This document shows positions 52,472 to 62,319 of a DNA stretch of 64,000 bases, in pieces (position 1 is the first letter of the stretch; each line of letters opens with the position of its first letter). Below the pieces are notes generated by a model, which saw nothing but the letters and a program-made list of their open reading frames with translations, did not search any database and was not told the origin of the DNA. Both the position numbers and the translations under genes were made by a program. Source of the DNA: an uncultured bacterium (lineage in GTDB: Bacteria > Babelota > Babeliae > Babelales > Vermiphilaceae); assembly GCA_963695335.1 (NCBI GenBank), contig OY968764.1:192001-256000 (forward strand). The letters run 5' to 3'.

Positions 52472-52909
52472 CTATCTACAGTTACAATGACAACTTTTTT
52501 TCTGTATCATCGGCAACCTATTCACCATAGAAGAGTATGGTTTATGCTTGGTGAGAGTAAACAATTGTGTTACGTCAGTACAATTTTCTACATCAGAAAG
52601 TTTTAATATAACGTTACCCTTACTTCCACATTCATTTTGCTGACAATCGTATACAGGGATCCATAATTGTGATTTTTCATTTTGAATCATATAAACAGTA
52701 AACTGAGCATGTTTAACTTGATCACCAAAACGGCGTTTACCATTTTTAGGGATAATCATAAATGTTCGATCGAGTGTATTAAGAATAGCTATTTTGTTAT
52801 TACTATCATTAATGAATGTTGTCATACATCCAAAAAGATTATTTCCTATTATTGCAGTGCATAACAAAGCTATAAATATAAACCTTTTATTTTTGTTTTT
52901 CATAAACAT
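52472..52909 (-). CDS. Secreted Cys-containing hypothetical protein
   Basis: Signal peptide; C-terminal CHCNC. Confidence 0.7.
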   Translation of the reverse strand: MFMKNKNKRFIFIALLCTAIIGNNLFGCMTTFINDSNNKIAILNTLDRTFMIIPKNGKRRFGDQVKHAQFTVYMIQNEKSQLWIPVYDCQQNECGSKGNVILKLSDVENCTDVTQLFTLTKHKPYSSMVNRLPMIQKKSCHCNCR

Positions 52910-53121
52910 GATCCTTTATTACTGATATATCTACAACTCCTTTTGCTCTTAATTTACACTTATCAAAATCCAAATAGCAATAACTGTCAAATAAACATAA
53001 CTTTATACACTAGAACAAAGGCTTTTTGTTTGTTTTATAATTTTTATTGAATGTGCTGAGCAAAAAAATATATTTTAGAGAAAAAAGAGCTGTAAAATAC
53101 AAAACAAAGGTCATCCCCGCG

Positions 53122-55500
53122 ATGAAAAATAAAAAATGTACTATCACACTTTTGCTTTGTATATTATTGCCAATAGCTTTACGTGGCATGAAACAAACTT
53201 CTAAAATATTTCGTCCCGGGACTAAACCAACTGCACCAATAATTCGCAAACCTCAACCGGAAATCAAACTACCCACAGAATCACCAACAAAACCTCAAAC
53301 AGGTACCATACAGCTTCCACAGCCAAGCACATCAAAACCAATACAACCTATCAGGCCATCTGAACCCATTAAATCTCTTGAACCTGCAAAGCGATATCAG
53401 ACATTTATTTCTCCAAAAGATAGAATAGAGCATTATAAAACACTCATAGAAGATGCTCAAAAATATAATTTAAAGATCAAAAAATATAACAATCTTATTA
53501 AACATATCGAACAAGCAGAAGATTTTACAGAAACTGAAACAGTTAATATAGCCAATCTCTTTGATGTATTACAAGCTAAAATTGAGTTAAAAGAACTAAC
53601 TATAACACTCGATAATCTCATAACAACTGCAAAAGAAGCAGGCATTTCAGATCAAGATTTAAAAAAATTTAAAAAACTGGATATCAATACAGCTAAAGAC
53701 ATGTTAACAATTGATATTTTTAAAGAAGAAACAGATAAACAAATCAATGAACTTGAAAATCTCATCAAAGAACAAAAAACAAAAAAAGTCTCTGAAAAAA
53801 CTTCAAAAGAGATCGCTATAGAACAACAAATTGAAAAAGAGATCTTGGAAGGTTTGCAAGAGTCTGAACAAGAAAAAACAACAAAAGAAACTGAAGAGCT
53901 CCAGAAAAAGCCTGCTCGTAAACCAATCAGAGTTCCAAAAGAAATTAAAGAAAGCCCCTTGAAAGAATTTAGAGATAAAGAACAACTCAAACTCGCCCAA
54001 GAAGCTGCTGAACAAAAAAAGATCGAAGAAAAAGCACGATTAAAAGCGGAAAAAGACCAAAAAGAAATTAATCAATTATATAAAGAAATTGAAAAAGAAG
54101 TTGATGCCGAACTAAAAATAGAACAGGAGCGGCTTGAAGCAGAAGGACAAATCAGAAAAATTGAACAAGAACAAGAGAGAGTTTCTGCCAGCAAAGAAGA
54201 ACAACAGCCACTCATTAATGAAATAACTGAACTTGAAGCACAGTTAGGAAAGATCGAAAAAGAGCAACAAAAACGCAAAAAAAAGATAGAACGGTTGCAA
54301 AAAGAATGGCAAATCAAACAAACAGAGCTCGATGAACAAACAAACGAAGAGCAACAAGCACATACAGCGCAACAAATGATTGAATCCAATCTGCGCAAAA
54401 ACGAGTTACAAAAAATCAAAGAAGAAGCCGCACAAGCAAAACAAGAAGCTGTTGAAGCTGAAAAAAAAGCGAGAGAGCAAGCACAATTCGAAATGGAACA
54501 ATTAGAAAATACAATAAAAGCTGATGAGCTTGCTTTACAAGAAATGCAAAAAAAACAGCTAGAATTAGAGGAAAAATTGGAAGCTGAAAAAGCTAAGACA
54601 GAAGAAAGAGAACGGCAGAAAAAAGAACATGAAAAAGAAGAACGCGAAAGAAGAGAACGGGAAGAAAGAGAAAGAGAAAAAAAAGAAGAAAAAGTTGAAG
54701 GTGGCGGAGATAGCAGCATACCACACAACATACAAGGGGAACCTTCTCAAGACATTAATAAACCAGAAATATCTCAAGAAGAACAGGGCAATGAAAAACC
54801 AAATATTCCAATATCTTCTCAACCCCAAGAACCATTACTTCCTACTCCAGAAGAAATCAAACCTGGTGAAGCGGCTCTGTTACCACAAAACACCCCTGAA
54901 ACCACTCCCACACAACCAACAGAAGAACCACAACCAATAATGCAAGAGCCCATTGAACAAACAATACAACAACCAACAGAGCAAACTCAGGAAGAAACAA
55001 GCCCCAGCTTTAGAGGAACATCAACCGGAACCTCTCCACGCTGGCCAACTTCGCCATCTTCCTCTTATATCCCTTCCACTAAAACAACTCCTTTTACACC
55101 TTCTATCCCTTCTGGAGTTGGTATGCCTTCAGCAGCAGGAAGCATGGGTGGAACCTCTCTTGATCACATGAATCGTTATATACAAAGAATTGGCCTGCCA
55201 CCACGCCCTGCAACCAAAGAAGAAATTGCTGCTTACGAGGCTGCACAAGCAAAAAAAATACAACCTCAAGATATTGTGTGGTGGGAAAAGATACTACCAA
55301 AATGGGTAGTGCAATATTTAGGACGTAAAGACCGGACTATAAAAGAGACGCCACCCGTAGAAACATCAGCGCCAATACCTGCGCCAGAAGAAGTAAAAAC
55401 TGAAAAACCAAAACCTGGCGTTGTGCAAATCTTCATTGAGACGATCAAAAAGCCTATCAGCAATGCTGTAAGTTACATCCGTGGGCTCTTTTACGACTAA
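53122..55500 (+). CDS. Large secreted coiled-coil / Pro-rich protein
   Basis: Signal peptide + MKQ; long E/K/Q coil, Pro-rich linkers, amphipathic C-terminus. Confidence 0.85.
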   Translation: MKNKKCTITLLLCILLPIALRGMKQTSKIFRPGTKPTAPIIRKPQPEIKLPTESPTKPQTGTIQLPQPSTSKPIQPIRPSEPIKSLEPAKRYQTFISPKDRIEHYKTLIEDAQKYNLKIKKYNNLIKHIEQAEDFTETETVNIANLFDVLQAKIELKELTITLDNLITTAKEAGISDQDLKKFKKLDINTAKDMLTIDIFKEETDKQINELENLIKEQKTKKVSEKTSKEIAIEQQIEKEILEGLQESEQEKTTKETEELQKKPARKPIRVPKEIKESPLKEFRDKEQLKLAQEAAEQKKIEEKARLKAEKDQKEINQLYKEIEKEVDAELKIEQERLEAEGQIRKIEQEQERVSASKEEQQPLINEITELEAQLGKIEKEQQKRKKKIERLQKEWQIKQTELDEQTNEEQQAHTAQQMIESNLRKNELQKIKEEAAQAKQEAVEAEKKAREQAQFEMEQLENTIKADELALQEMQKKQLELEEKLEAEKAKTEERERQKKEHEKEERERREREEREREKKEEKVEGGGDSSIPHNIQGEPSQDINKPEISQEEQGNEKPNIPISSQPQEPLLPTPEEIKPGEAALLPQNTPETTPTQPTEEPQPIMQEPIEQTIQQPTEQTQEETSPSFRGTSTGTSPRWPTSPSSSYIPSTKTTPFTPSIPSGVGMPSAAGSMGGTSLDHMNRYIQRIGLPPRPATKEEIAAYEAAQAKKIQPQDIVWWEKILPKWVVQYLGRKDRTIKETPPVETSAPIPAPEEVKTEKPKPGVVQIFIETIKKPISNAVSYIRGLFYD

Positions 55501-55608
55501 AATATTCTTTAATCCTCCACGTTTTTATTAAAACCATTGCTATTAGAAAATCATTTATGTGATACTAAAACCAGTAATAATATAGTTTTTTATCAAAAAG
55601 GAGATCTC

Positions 55609-56046
55609 ATGAAATTTCTTAAAAGTACAATAGCTATGGTAGCATTGTTTGCTATCGGATCTGTAAATGCAAAAGTAATGAAAAAGGTAACTAGCCCTGC
55701 TGTGTCAGCTCCAAAACCTGCCCCTTATAACAAACCACTACCTGCATTACCTGCAAAACCTACCCCTAAAGGCATAACTCTATTTAATGAATACAAACAC
55801 AAAATAAATGCTAATGATAAAGTCACCAATGATTTTATTAAATCCGTCAATTCAGCAAAATTGTCTGATGAAGAAAAAGTAAATCTATTAGGATCTGCGG
55901 CAAGCATACTTAAAAAATCTACTTCAGCAAATAGAGATGCTTTACGTTCTGCTCGTCAACAGTTAATACCACTTCCTGCTCTTCCAGAAAAACAAGAAGA
56001 AGAACAAGAATTAAACATGGAAGAATTCTTCTACGCAAATGAATAA
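55609..56046 (+). CDS. Secreted Pro-rich hypothetical protein
   Basis: AGGAG RBS; MKFLKSTIAMVALFAIGSVNA-K leader; PLPALP appears twice. Confidence 0.8.
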   Translation: MKFLKSTIAMVALFAIGSVNAKVMKKVTSPAVSAPKPAPYNKPLPALPAKPTPKGITLFNEYKHKINANDKVTNDFIKSVNSAKLSDEEKVNLLGSAASILKKSTSANRDALRSARQQLIPLPALPEKQEEEQELNMEEFFYANE

Positions 56047-56134
56047 TACAATCAACTGACAAACTCAAAAAAGATACATCTAAAAATCCTGGCCTAAAAA
56101 CCAGGATTTTTTTAACCCAAAAAAAGGAAATTAT

Positions 56135-56425
56135 ATGAAAAGTAAGCTAATAATAGCCATAACTCTCATTATAAGTTTTAGCACCACGCACATATCAGCT
56201 TATTCAAACAGACCTTCCTCCCCTTCATCATCTATTAAACGCAAAGACGCAGCAAAACATATAACGATACATGGAAAGCGAATAACCAAAAAACCTGAAT
56301 ATTATCGCCCCGGCAAATCCGATGGTCTGCAAAATTGGCCTGGAAAAACAATTGATGCTGGGATGAATACAGGAATGTTATCAACAAATAGTGCTTCTTA
56401 CTCAGGAAATGATGTATCGTTTTAA
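56135..56425 (+). CDS. Small secreted hypothetical protein
   Basis: AGGA RBS; signal peptide. Confidence 0.65.
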   Translation: MKSKLIIAITLIISFSTTHISAYSNRPSSPSSSIKRKDAAKHITIHGKRITKKPEYYRPGKSDGLQNWPGKTIDAGMNTGMLSTNSASYSGNDVSF

Positions 56426-56466
56426 AAAAATAGATCATCAAACAAACTAAAAAAGAAGGATTTTTT

Positions 56467-56946
56467 ATGACACATTTCAAGAAAATGCTTGCAATTGCAG
56501 CACTATTCACCATCGGGCTTGCACATGCAAAACAGATGGTGAAAAAAACAACTACAGCACCTATAACAACACCTGTAACTCAACCAATACAACCGATTAA
56601 ACCACAAACAAAGCCATTACCACAACCCAAGCAACAACCATCATCCTCCTCCGCCAAGGCTTCGGCGGACAGGGCAAAAACATTTAAGCAACTTTATAAT
56701 GAAGTAAAAAATGCAAAAAATGCCTGGGACTATAAAACTCAACTATTAAGCGAAACCTTTGTTAATAATCTTTTTAATGATGCTCAAACAGCAAAAATAA
56801 GTAATATGCAATTCGATTTTTTAATATTATTCGCACAAGATTGTCATGCACAATTTACCGGCCCTAAAAAGGATATTGATATATTAAAAGGTCTTCAAAA
56901 TCAACGTGTAAACATTTCGTATCTCTTTGCAGACAGGGAGCTATAA
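56467..56946 (+). CDS. Secreted hypothetical protein with an in-frame family C element
   Basis: Leader ...IGLAHA-KQ; SSAKASADR encoded by tcctcctccgccaaggcttcggcggacagg (56644-56673). Confidence 0.8.
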   Translation: MTHFKKMLAIAALFTIGLAHAKQMVKKTTTAPITTPVTQPIQPIKPQTKPLPQPKQQPSSSSAKASADRAKTFKQLYNEVKNAKNAWDYKTQLLSETFVNNLFNDAQTAKISNMQFDFLILFAQDCHAQFTGPKKDIDILKGLQNQRVNISYLFADREL

Positions 56947-57947
56947 TGAAATCTTTTAAAAGTACAGCTATAATCTTAACGTTATGTATCATTGGAAATA
57001 TAAATACAAAACAAGTAGGAAAAAAAGGAATTACTACCTCGCCCGTAACAACACCCTCCTCCGCTCCATCTTCCGCACAAGGCTCCAGAGGACACGGTAA
57101 AGCTTCCTCTTACGCTAAAGCTACAGAGGACAGGTCGGCGAACAGGCCACAACCTCAAAAACAACTACAACTTCAAAAGGGAACATTCAGAGAATTCCTT
57201 AATGAAATTAGAAATATGAAAACAAATGATATATTTACACCAGACAGATCGCAATTTACTGATAAAGTAGTATGGCTTATAGCTAGCGCAAGAATCTCTC
57301 CTCTTGAACGTTTAGAAACTGATAGTCTATTGCACGCGTTAACGCTATTACATGTCATTGGCACAATAATTCCTATAGAAGATGTACTCGATCCTAACAA
57401 AGAAAAAGAGCATGAAAAAAAAATCAAGTCTTTAACGAATGATTTGAACAAAAGAGTAGAAGCGTTGGTTGAAAAACAAAATCCAACAATACAAGAATTT
57501 CCAAAAGAAAAACCTAAAACAGAAGTAACTAAAAAAGAAGAAAAAAAAGAATTACCGAAATTTGAACAACCACGCGTGACGGAAAAAAACAAACAAATGA
57601 TGCAAGGGCGTCTAGAAATAGAAACTGCATTAAAATTAAACATGTTCATTGACAAGAGCGATCTTGATAATAATGACATGAAAAAAATCTGTACCGAAAT
57701 TGATTTTCTATTAAGAAAAGCCAATCTGGACTATGAACAATTAGGCTCTACAAATGCAGAAAAAATTGCCAATGCTAACATGGCAATCGATATGGTCAAA
57801 AAAGAAATCATAAATAAACTCTCAGAGCTTAAACCAAAAACAATGCTAAAATTAGCCGATTATATACTACTTACGAAACAAAACGATAAAACTATGATAG
57901 AAATTGGAAAAGAACTCAACATGCGTGCGACTGCACAATCTTTATAA
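56946..57947 (+). CDS. Secreted hypothetical protein with in-frame family C elements
   Basis: Leader ...IGNINT-KQ; SSAQGSRGH and SYAKATEDRSANR from 57066-57146. Confidence 0.8.
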   Translation: MKSFKSTAIILTLCIIGNINTKQVGKKGITTSPVTTPSSAPSSAQGSRGHGKASSYAKATEDRSANRPQPQKQLQLQKGTFREFLNEIRNMKTNDIFTPDRSQFTDKVVWLIASARISPLERLETDSLLHALTLLHVIGTIIPIEDVLDPNKEKEHEKKIKSLTNDLNKRVEALVEKQNPTIQEFPKEKPKTEVTKKEEKKELPKFEQPRVTEKNKQMMQGRLEIETALKLNMFIDKSDLDNNDMKKICTEIDFLLRKANLDYEQLGSTNAEKIANANMAIDMVKKEIINKLSELKPKTMLKLADYILLTKQNDKTMIEIGKELNMRATAQSL

Positions 57948-57964
57948 TATAATAACAGTGAATT

Positions 57965-58029
57965 ATCGGGTAGGAGGGGACGATTAGTCCCTGACCTCCC
58001 ACACCACCGCACGTACCGTTCGGTATACG
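57965..58029 (-). ncRNA. Group II intron 3' fragment (part of domain V and domain VI)
   Basis: Nearly identical to 59940-60005; reverse complement cgtataccgaacggtacgtgcggtggtgtgggagg...cctcctacccgat. Confidence 0.8.
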
Positions 58030-58170
58030 TATGAACTTTACAGATGATCTTACATAAGTAAGCATACCACAACCCTTTATTCCCGTAAAAAGCCCCTAAT
58101 TTGATCACGACAAACAGAATAAATAATACCTTCTGAGGCAAATATCCTTGTTGTATCAACATTTTTCATA

Positions 58171-59483
58171 CAGGGCGATCGCATTTAAAACTCTGATTTT
58201 AACGGAAATTTCGAAATTCACTTGATACACTATTTGTATTGGAGGCTGGAGGATAAAGACGGAACAAAATAAAAAAAGTATGATGCTCAAAAAAAACGTC
58301 CCACTTGAAAAAGGAGATTTTTAATGAGCATCATACTGCATGAAATATGGCATAACTACGACCATTTGGCAAATCTTATAGCATGCTTAGAAGAAGTCAC
58401 TGATCCAAGAATTGATCGATGTAAAAAACATGAACTTGTCGTAATACTTTTGATTGCAATTTTAGCTATATTTTCCGGTGCACAAAACTGGGTACATGTG
58501 GTGAGATTTGCACATGATCATGAAGAATGGTTACATGATAAAATATGGCTTCCAAATGGTATTCCATCACATGATACCTTCCATCGTGTCTTTTTACTTT
58601 TAAATCCAAAAGAATTAAAAGATTGGTTAGTGCTTTGGCTCGAAGTTGCACTGCATGATAATAGCGACCATATCGCAATTGATGGCAAAGTCATAGAAGC
58701 TTGGTCTTCAAACAATCCGTTTACGTTAATAAATGCATTCAGTCCTTCATCAAAAATAGTTCTTGAGCAAGCACGTGTTCCAGATGGCAATAATGAATTA
58801 ACCGGTATGAATCGCGTATTAGATACGCTAAATTTAAAGGGAAAAGTAATCACTATTGATGCGATGGGTACAAGAAAAGCATTTGTAAAAAAAATTATCG
58901 CACGAGGCGGTGATTATATCTTGCCAGTTAAACTGAATAATCGTTTACTTTACGAAGATATTGACCTTTTTTTACGTACACTCGCACAAGGTGAACATGA
59001 AGAAATTGCATATAAATATCATGAAACTATCGATTATAAGCATGGTAGAAAAGAAATCCGAAGGTGCTATTCAACCGAATATATTGATTGGATCTATCAA
59101 AAGAAAGAATGGACCAATCTAAAATCAATAACTCTTATAGAATCAAAGGTTGAAGGTAAAAGAAGAAATGCAAATAATATACGTCTTTTTATCAGCAGCC
59201 TACCAGCAGATCCCGAACGTATCTTGGGTTATATTCGTGCCCATTGGAGCATCGAAAACCATCTTCACAGAAGTCTTGATGTCAATTTTAACGATGATCA
59301 AAGAAGCTTAAGAAAAGGCCATGGGGCTCAAAATTTTAATTTTCTCAGTGCCTTCGTTAATTCACTTTTAACCAGAAAAACCTCAGATTTCAGCTTGGGA
59401 AATAAATTACGAAGAGGAAATAGTGACCCTAATTTTATTTTGGATACCCTTATAAATCCAGGGTTTTAAATGCGATCGCCCTG
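58171..59483 (+). mobile_element. ISAs1-family insertion sequence
   Basis: Perfect 21-bp IR CAGGGCGATCGCATTTAAAAC; 9-bp target duplication TTTTTCATA (58162-58170 / 59484-59492). Confidence 0.95.
58324..59469 (+). CDS. ISAs1-family transposase
   Basis: DPR, GIPSHDTF.RV, IAIDGK, NE, TIDAMG, HGRKE.R, RAHWSIENHLH..LDV.F.DD. Confidence 0.95.
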   Translation: MSIILHEIWHNYDHLANLIACLEEVTDPRIDRCKKHELVVILLIAILAIFSGAQNWVHVVRFAHDHEEWLHDKIWLPNGIPSHDTFHRVFLLLNPKELKDWLVLWLEVALHDNSDHIAIDGKVIEAWSSNNPFTLINAFSPSSKIVLEQARVPDGNNELTGMNRVLDTLNLKGKVITIDAMGTRKAFVKKIIARGGDYILPVKLNNRLLYEDIDLFLRTLAQGEHEEIAYKYHETIDYKHGRKEIRRCYSTEYIDWIYQKKEWTNLKSITLIESKVEGKRRNANNIRLFISSLPADPERILGYIRAHWSIENHLHRSLDVNFNDDQRSLRKGHGAQNFNFLSAFVNSLLTRKTSDFSLGNKLRRGNSDPNFILDTLINPGF

Positions 59484-59576
59484 TTTTTCATAGCTATACT
59501 ATTGACAAATTGAAACTCAAAAAGATAGACTTACAAGTGATAGATATCATATTAATCTCAAAAAAGGAATGTTTCC

Positions 59577-59906
59577 ATGAAAAACACAAAAAACTTACTT
59601 GTTACAGGCTTAGCCCTGGCAATAACATTATGTTCATCAATACAAGTATTTGCACAGCTTACCGGGCCTCAACGAATGCTTGTTAAAGAGGAGATGGATA
59701 ATCAAAAATTACTCTATGAAGATCTTGTTGAGCTAAGGAACATAGCAATACGAAATGGTAATAAAGCCAAAGAAAACTACAATCATAATAAGGCAATGGC
59801 ACATTATACAAAAAAACAAAAACTAGAAGAACTTTATGGAACTACAAAGACATATTCTGACTCCGAGGTATCTAATAAAATAGAACGCATAAAAAGTGAG
59901 CAATAA
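59577..59906 (+). CDS. Small secreted hypothetical protein
   Basis: AAGGA RBS, signal peptide, upstream TTGACA-18-TAGACT (59502-59531). Confidence 0.7.
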   Translation: MKNTKNLLVTGLALAITLCSSIQVFAQLTGPQRMLVKEEMDNQKLLYEDLVELRNIAIRNGNKAKENYNHNKAMAHYTKKQKLEELYGTTKTYSDSEVSNKIERIKSEQ

Positions 59907-59939
59907 CTTTAATTCATTCCACTAACATTAAAGTCAACA

Positions 59940-60485
59940 ATCGAGTAGGAGGGGACGATTAGTCCCCCGACCTCCCACACCACCGCACGTACCGTTCGGT
60001 ATACGGCGGTTCATATAAAACTACAAAGTTCTTCATATCGTGTTAAAAGACTTACAAGCCCTTGCTCTCGCCAATAGGCGAGGTCCAGGGCTTTGTGCGT
60101 TTGTGGCGTTAAGGTTTTTTTTTCTTTTCAGGTACTATGACATCTGGTGACTTCTGATGATTTAGCCACTTTTTTTTTCAAAGTGATTTGCCAATATAAT
60201 TAGCGTATCATCAGATCTCCTCGGGTAAGTTCGCTGTCTTTCATTCCATTTACCTGTCTCATTTACCTCCGATAGCCTTTGGCAATATGGATTTTGTTTT
60301 CTGTGGCAAACTCATCAAACTATCGTGGCCTCCTATGAGCTTCGTGTTCCTCAGGCCGGAATTTTGCCGCCAACTTCCTTTAGATTCCGCCTTACGGCGG
60401 ACACCCTTGTCTTAGGCTAAAAGTTACTATTGCCTTCACTTTTCAGGATTTTCACCTTATAGACTTGCGCACATGCCGAGCGCAC
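59940..60485 (-). mobile_element. ORF-less (internally deleted) class IIC group II intron
   Basis: 5' GTGCGCTCGGCATG at 60485 just after a terminator hairpin; domain V GAACCGCCGTATACCGAACGGTACGTGCGGTGGTGT; 3' end CCTACTCGAT; remnant IEP tail LTPQTHKALDLAYWREQGLVSLL. Confidence 0.88.
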
Positions 60486-60490
60486 CACAA

Positions 60491-60523
60491 GAAAAAAGTC
60501 CTGGTTTTTCCAGGACCTTTTTT
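60491..60523 (-). terminator. Intrinsic terminator, the intron insertion site
   Basis: gtcctgg-aaaaa-ccaggac followed by a T-tract on the minus strand. Confidence 0.8.
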
Positions 60524-60544
60524 AATTCAAAATAATAGTGTTGG

Positions 60545-62155
60545 TTAGTAAGACACGCCCATTTTGCCCCAAATAACCCATCTGCGTGGAACTGCATTAT
60601 TGTTTTTTGAGAACGTGTATGATGCACCAACATTACCAAATAATGGATATTCTCTGTCGTATGCATGGAAACCAATAGTTGCATATAATGTGTTAGCAAA
60701 TAGTGCAGGAGTTGCTGCTGAGTTAAGGTTCAAATCTGATTCTTGAATTAAACTCATTTCATAATTTGCTACAGATACTGGGATTATAATACCATCGCAT
60801 GCAATGCTTAAATCATCTGGAATATTTGCAACAATCTGTTCATCATATTTATTACCATCAATTGTACGGATTGGATTTGTTGTACCATTGCCTAGATAAT
60901 GTTTAAGAGCTGGGCCAACTTGCCATGGGCAATGGAGCTTAACATTTTCAGCTCTTTTAGCGAGGAAGTTATAACCACCTTCAATTTGCAACTTTTTCCA
61001 GGTGAACTGAAATGCAGTGTTAATATCTGTTGTTAATCCTGGAGTAACTTTTACTTCTTGTGTAAACACGTTAATACCAGGAGTTGAATTATTCATCGCA
61101 AATGGTGGATTACTTACAATCAAATCAGCCGCTTCTTGTGCTTCTTCCTGATTGATATACACCGGCAAATAACGGCTCCATGGTCTATTTTTTAAATCAA
61201 AAGAACGTCTTTGTTTATTTTCAAACAACCACTCAAAATGGTTTGCTAATTCATAGCGAATATCCATGTCACCAGAAGCACTCTCCCAAAGATCTATTCC
61301 CAAAGAGCTACCAAACATAATCCCAAAGTTTTTACCACGACCAACAATTGGTTGGAAAACATACTCAGCTTCATTTTTGTTACCTGTTGGGATGACAATA
61401 CCAAAATATGATTCCATATGAGTTGGTGAATGATCAAGCCATTCGTAACCAACCTTTGCTTCTATATCCCCCAAGCCCGTTTTTTTCATAGAACAATCAC
61501 TGATTTTCCCATACTTCCAATCTGATTGCTGGAATGCTTGCGTCATATTTGCTACAGCAAATTCAGTTGCGGCCTCATTCACACCACCACCATCATTTTC
61601 AATTTTTTCAAAAAAGTTCATATCATTATTAACACGCATAATTGGTGCAGAAAAACTAAACCATACACCTTTTTTATATGTATGGCTTTTCCAAACACTT
61701 TGACGAATATGAAGACCAAGACCAATAACTGATTGTTGTGGACGAACGCTAATTGTACTTTCAAATGTATTATTCACCGTGAAAACGTTAAAGTCTTGTG
61801 CAAGAAGATCTTTTTTAACATTAAAGCCTGGTTGTTGAGGAGGACCATCATTTGCTGCGACTAATGATGTATTTGCATCTGGAAAAAAATACTGCGCTAA
61901 ATCTTCTTGATCAGATGTTTGACTTCCAAAAAGAACTGCCTGGAACGCACCACCCCAACCATTTTCACGCGTTAAATTGCGATCATTACGAAATCCTGAA
62001 ACCATTTCTGGTTGTTGTGATACAAATAGTGGATGGATTGTCAGCGTAGTTTTACTTGTTGCTTCTAATTCAGCCGCTTCATTTCTACAATCAGCTAATA
62101 ATGGTATTCCCACTGTTAGCGATAAAATTGCCATTATTCGTGTATTCTTCATCAT
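60545..62155 (-). CDS. Putative outer-membrane beta-barrel protein (lineage-specific)
   Basis: Signal peptide; GLGDIEAKVG, VIPTG; ends VIWGKMGVSY. Confidence 0.6.
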   Translation of the reverse strand: MMKNTRIMAILSLTVGIPLLADCRNEAAELEATSKTTLTIHPLFVSQQPEMVSGFRNDRNLTRENGWGGAFQAVLFGSQTSDQEDLAQYFFPDANTSLVAANDGPPQQPGFNVKKDLLAQDFNVFTVNNTFESTISVRPQQSVIGLGLHIRQSVWKSHTYKKGVWFSFSAPIMRVNNDMNFFEKIENDGGGVNEAATEFAVANMTQAFQQSDWKYGKISDCSMKKTGLGDIEAKVGYEWLDHSPTHMESYFGIVIPTGNKNEAEYVFQPIVGRGKNFGIMFGSSLGIDLWESASGDMDIRYELANHFEWLFENKQRRSFDLKNRPWSRYLPVYINQEEAQEAADLIVSNPPFAMNNSTPGINVFTQEVKVTPGLTTDINTAFQFTWKKLQIEGGYNFLAKRAENVKLHCPWQVGPALKHYLGNGTTNPIRTIDGNKYDEQIVANIPDDLSIACDGIIIPVSVANYEMSLIQESDLNLNSAATPALFANTLYATIGFHAYDREYPLFGNVGASYTFSKNNNAVPRRWVIWGKMGVSY

Positions 62156-62319
62156 TCTCCTTTTTTTATTTGATTCATTATCTTCATTTTTCTACCATGA
62201 ATAGACAAATTCATCAAATTTTACTCTAAAAAAATATCCTGAAGATAAACTCTTTCATTAAAAGATGATACAATCAAAAACAAGAGTTTATCTCAAACAA
62301 ATTAATTAGTTCCCTCTAT

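Noticed and set aside
53457..55463. Several antisense and alternate-frame ORFs of up to 219 aa
   Set aside because: Shadows of the low-complexity E/K-rich coding strand.
57965..60120. Retron or diversity-generating retroelement
   Set aside because: The repeat is group II intron domain V/VI; there is no RT gene and no adenine-specific variation.
60457..60699. 80-aa minus-strand ORF
   Set aside because: Overlaps the OMP gene in another frame and runs through the terminator into the intron 5' end.
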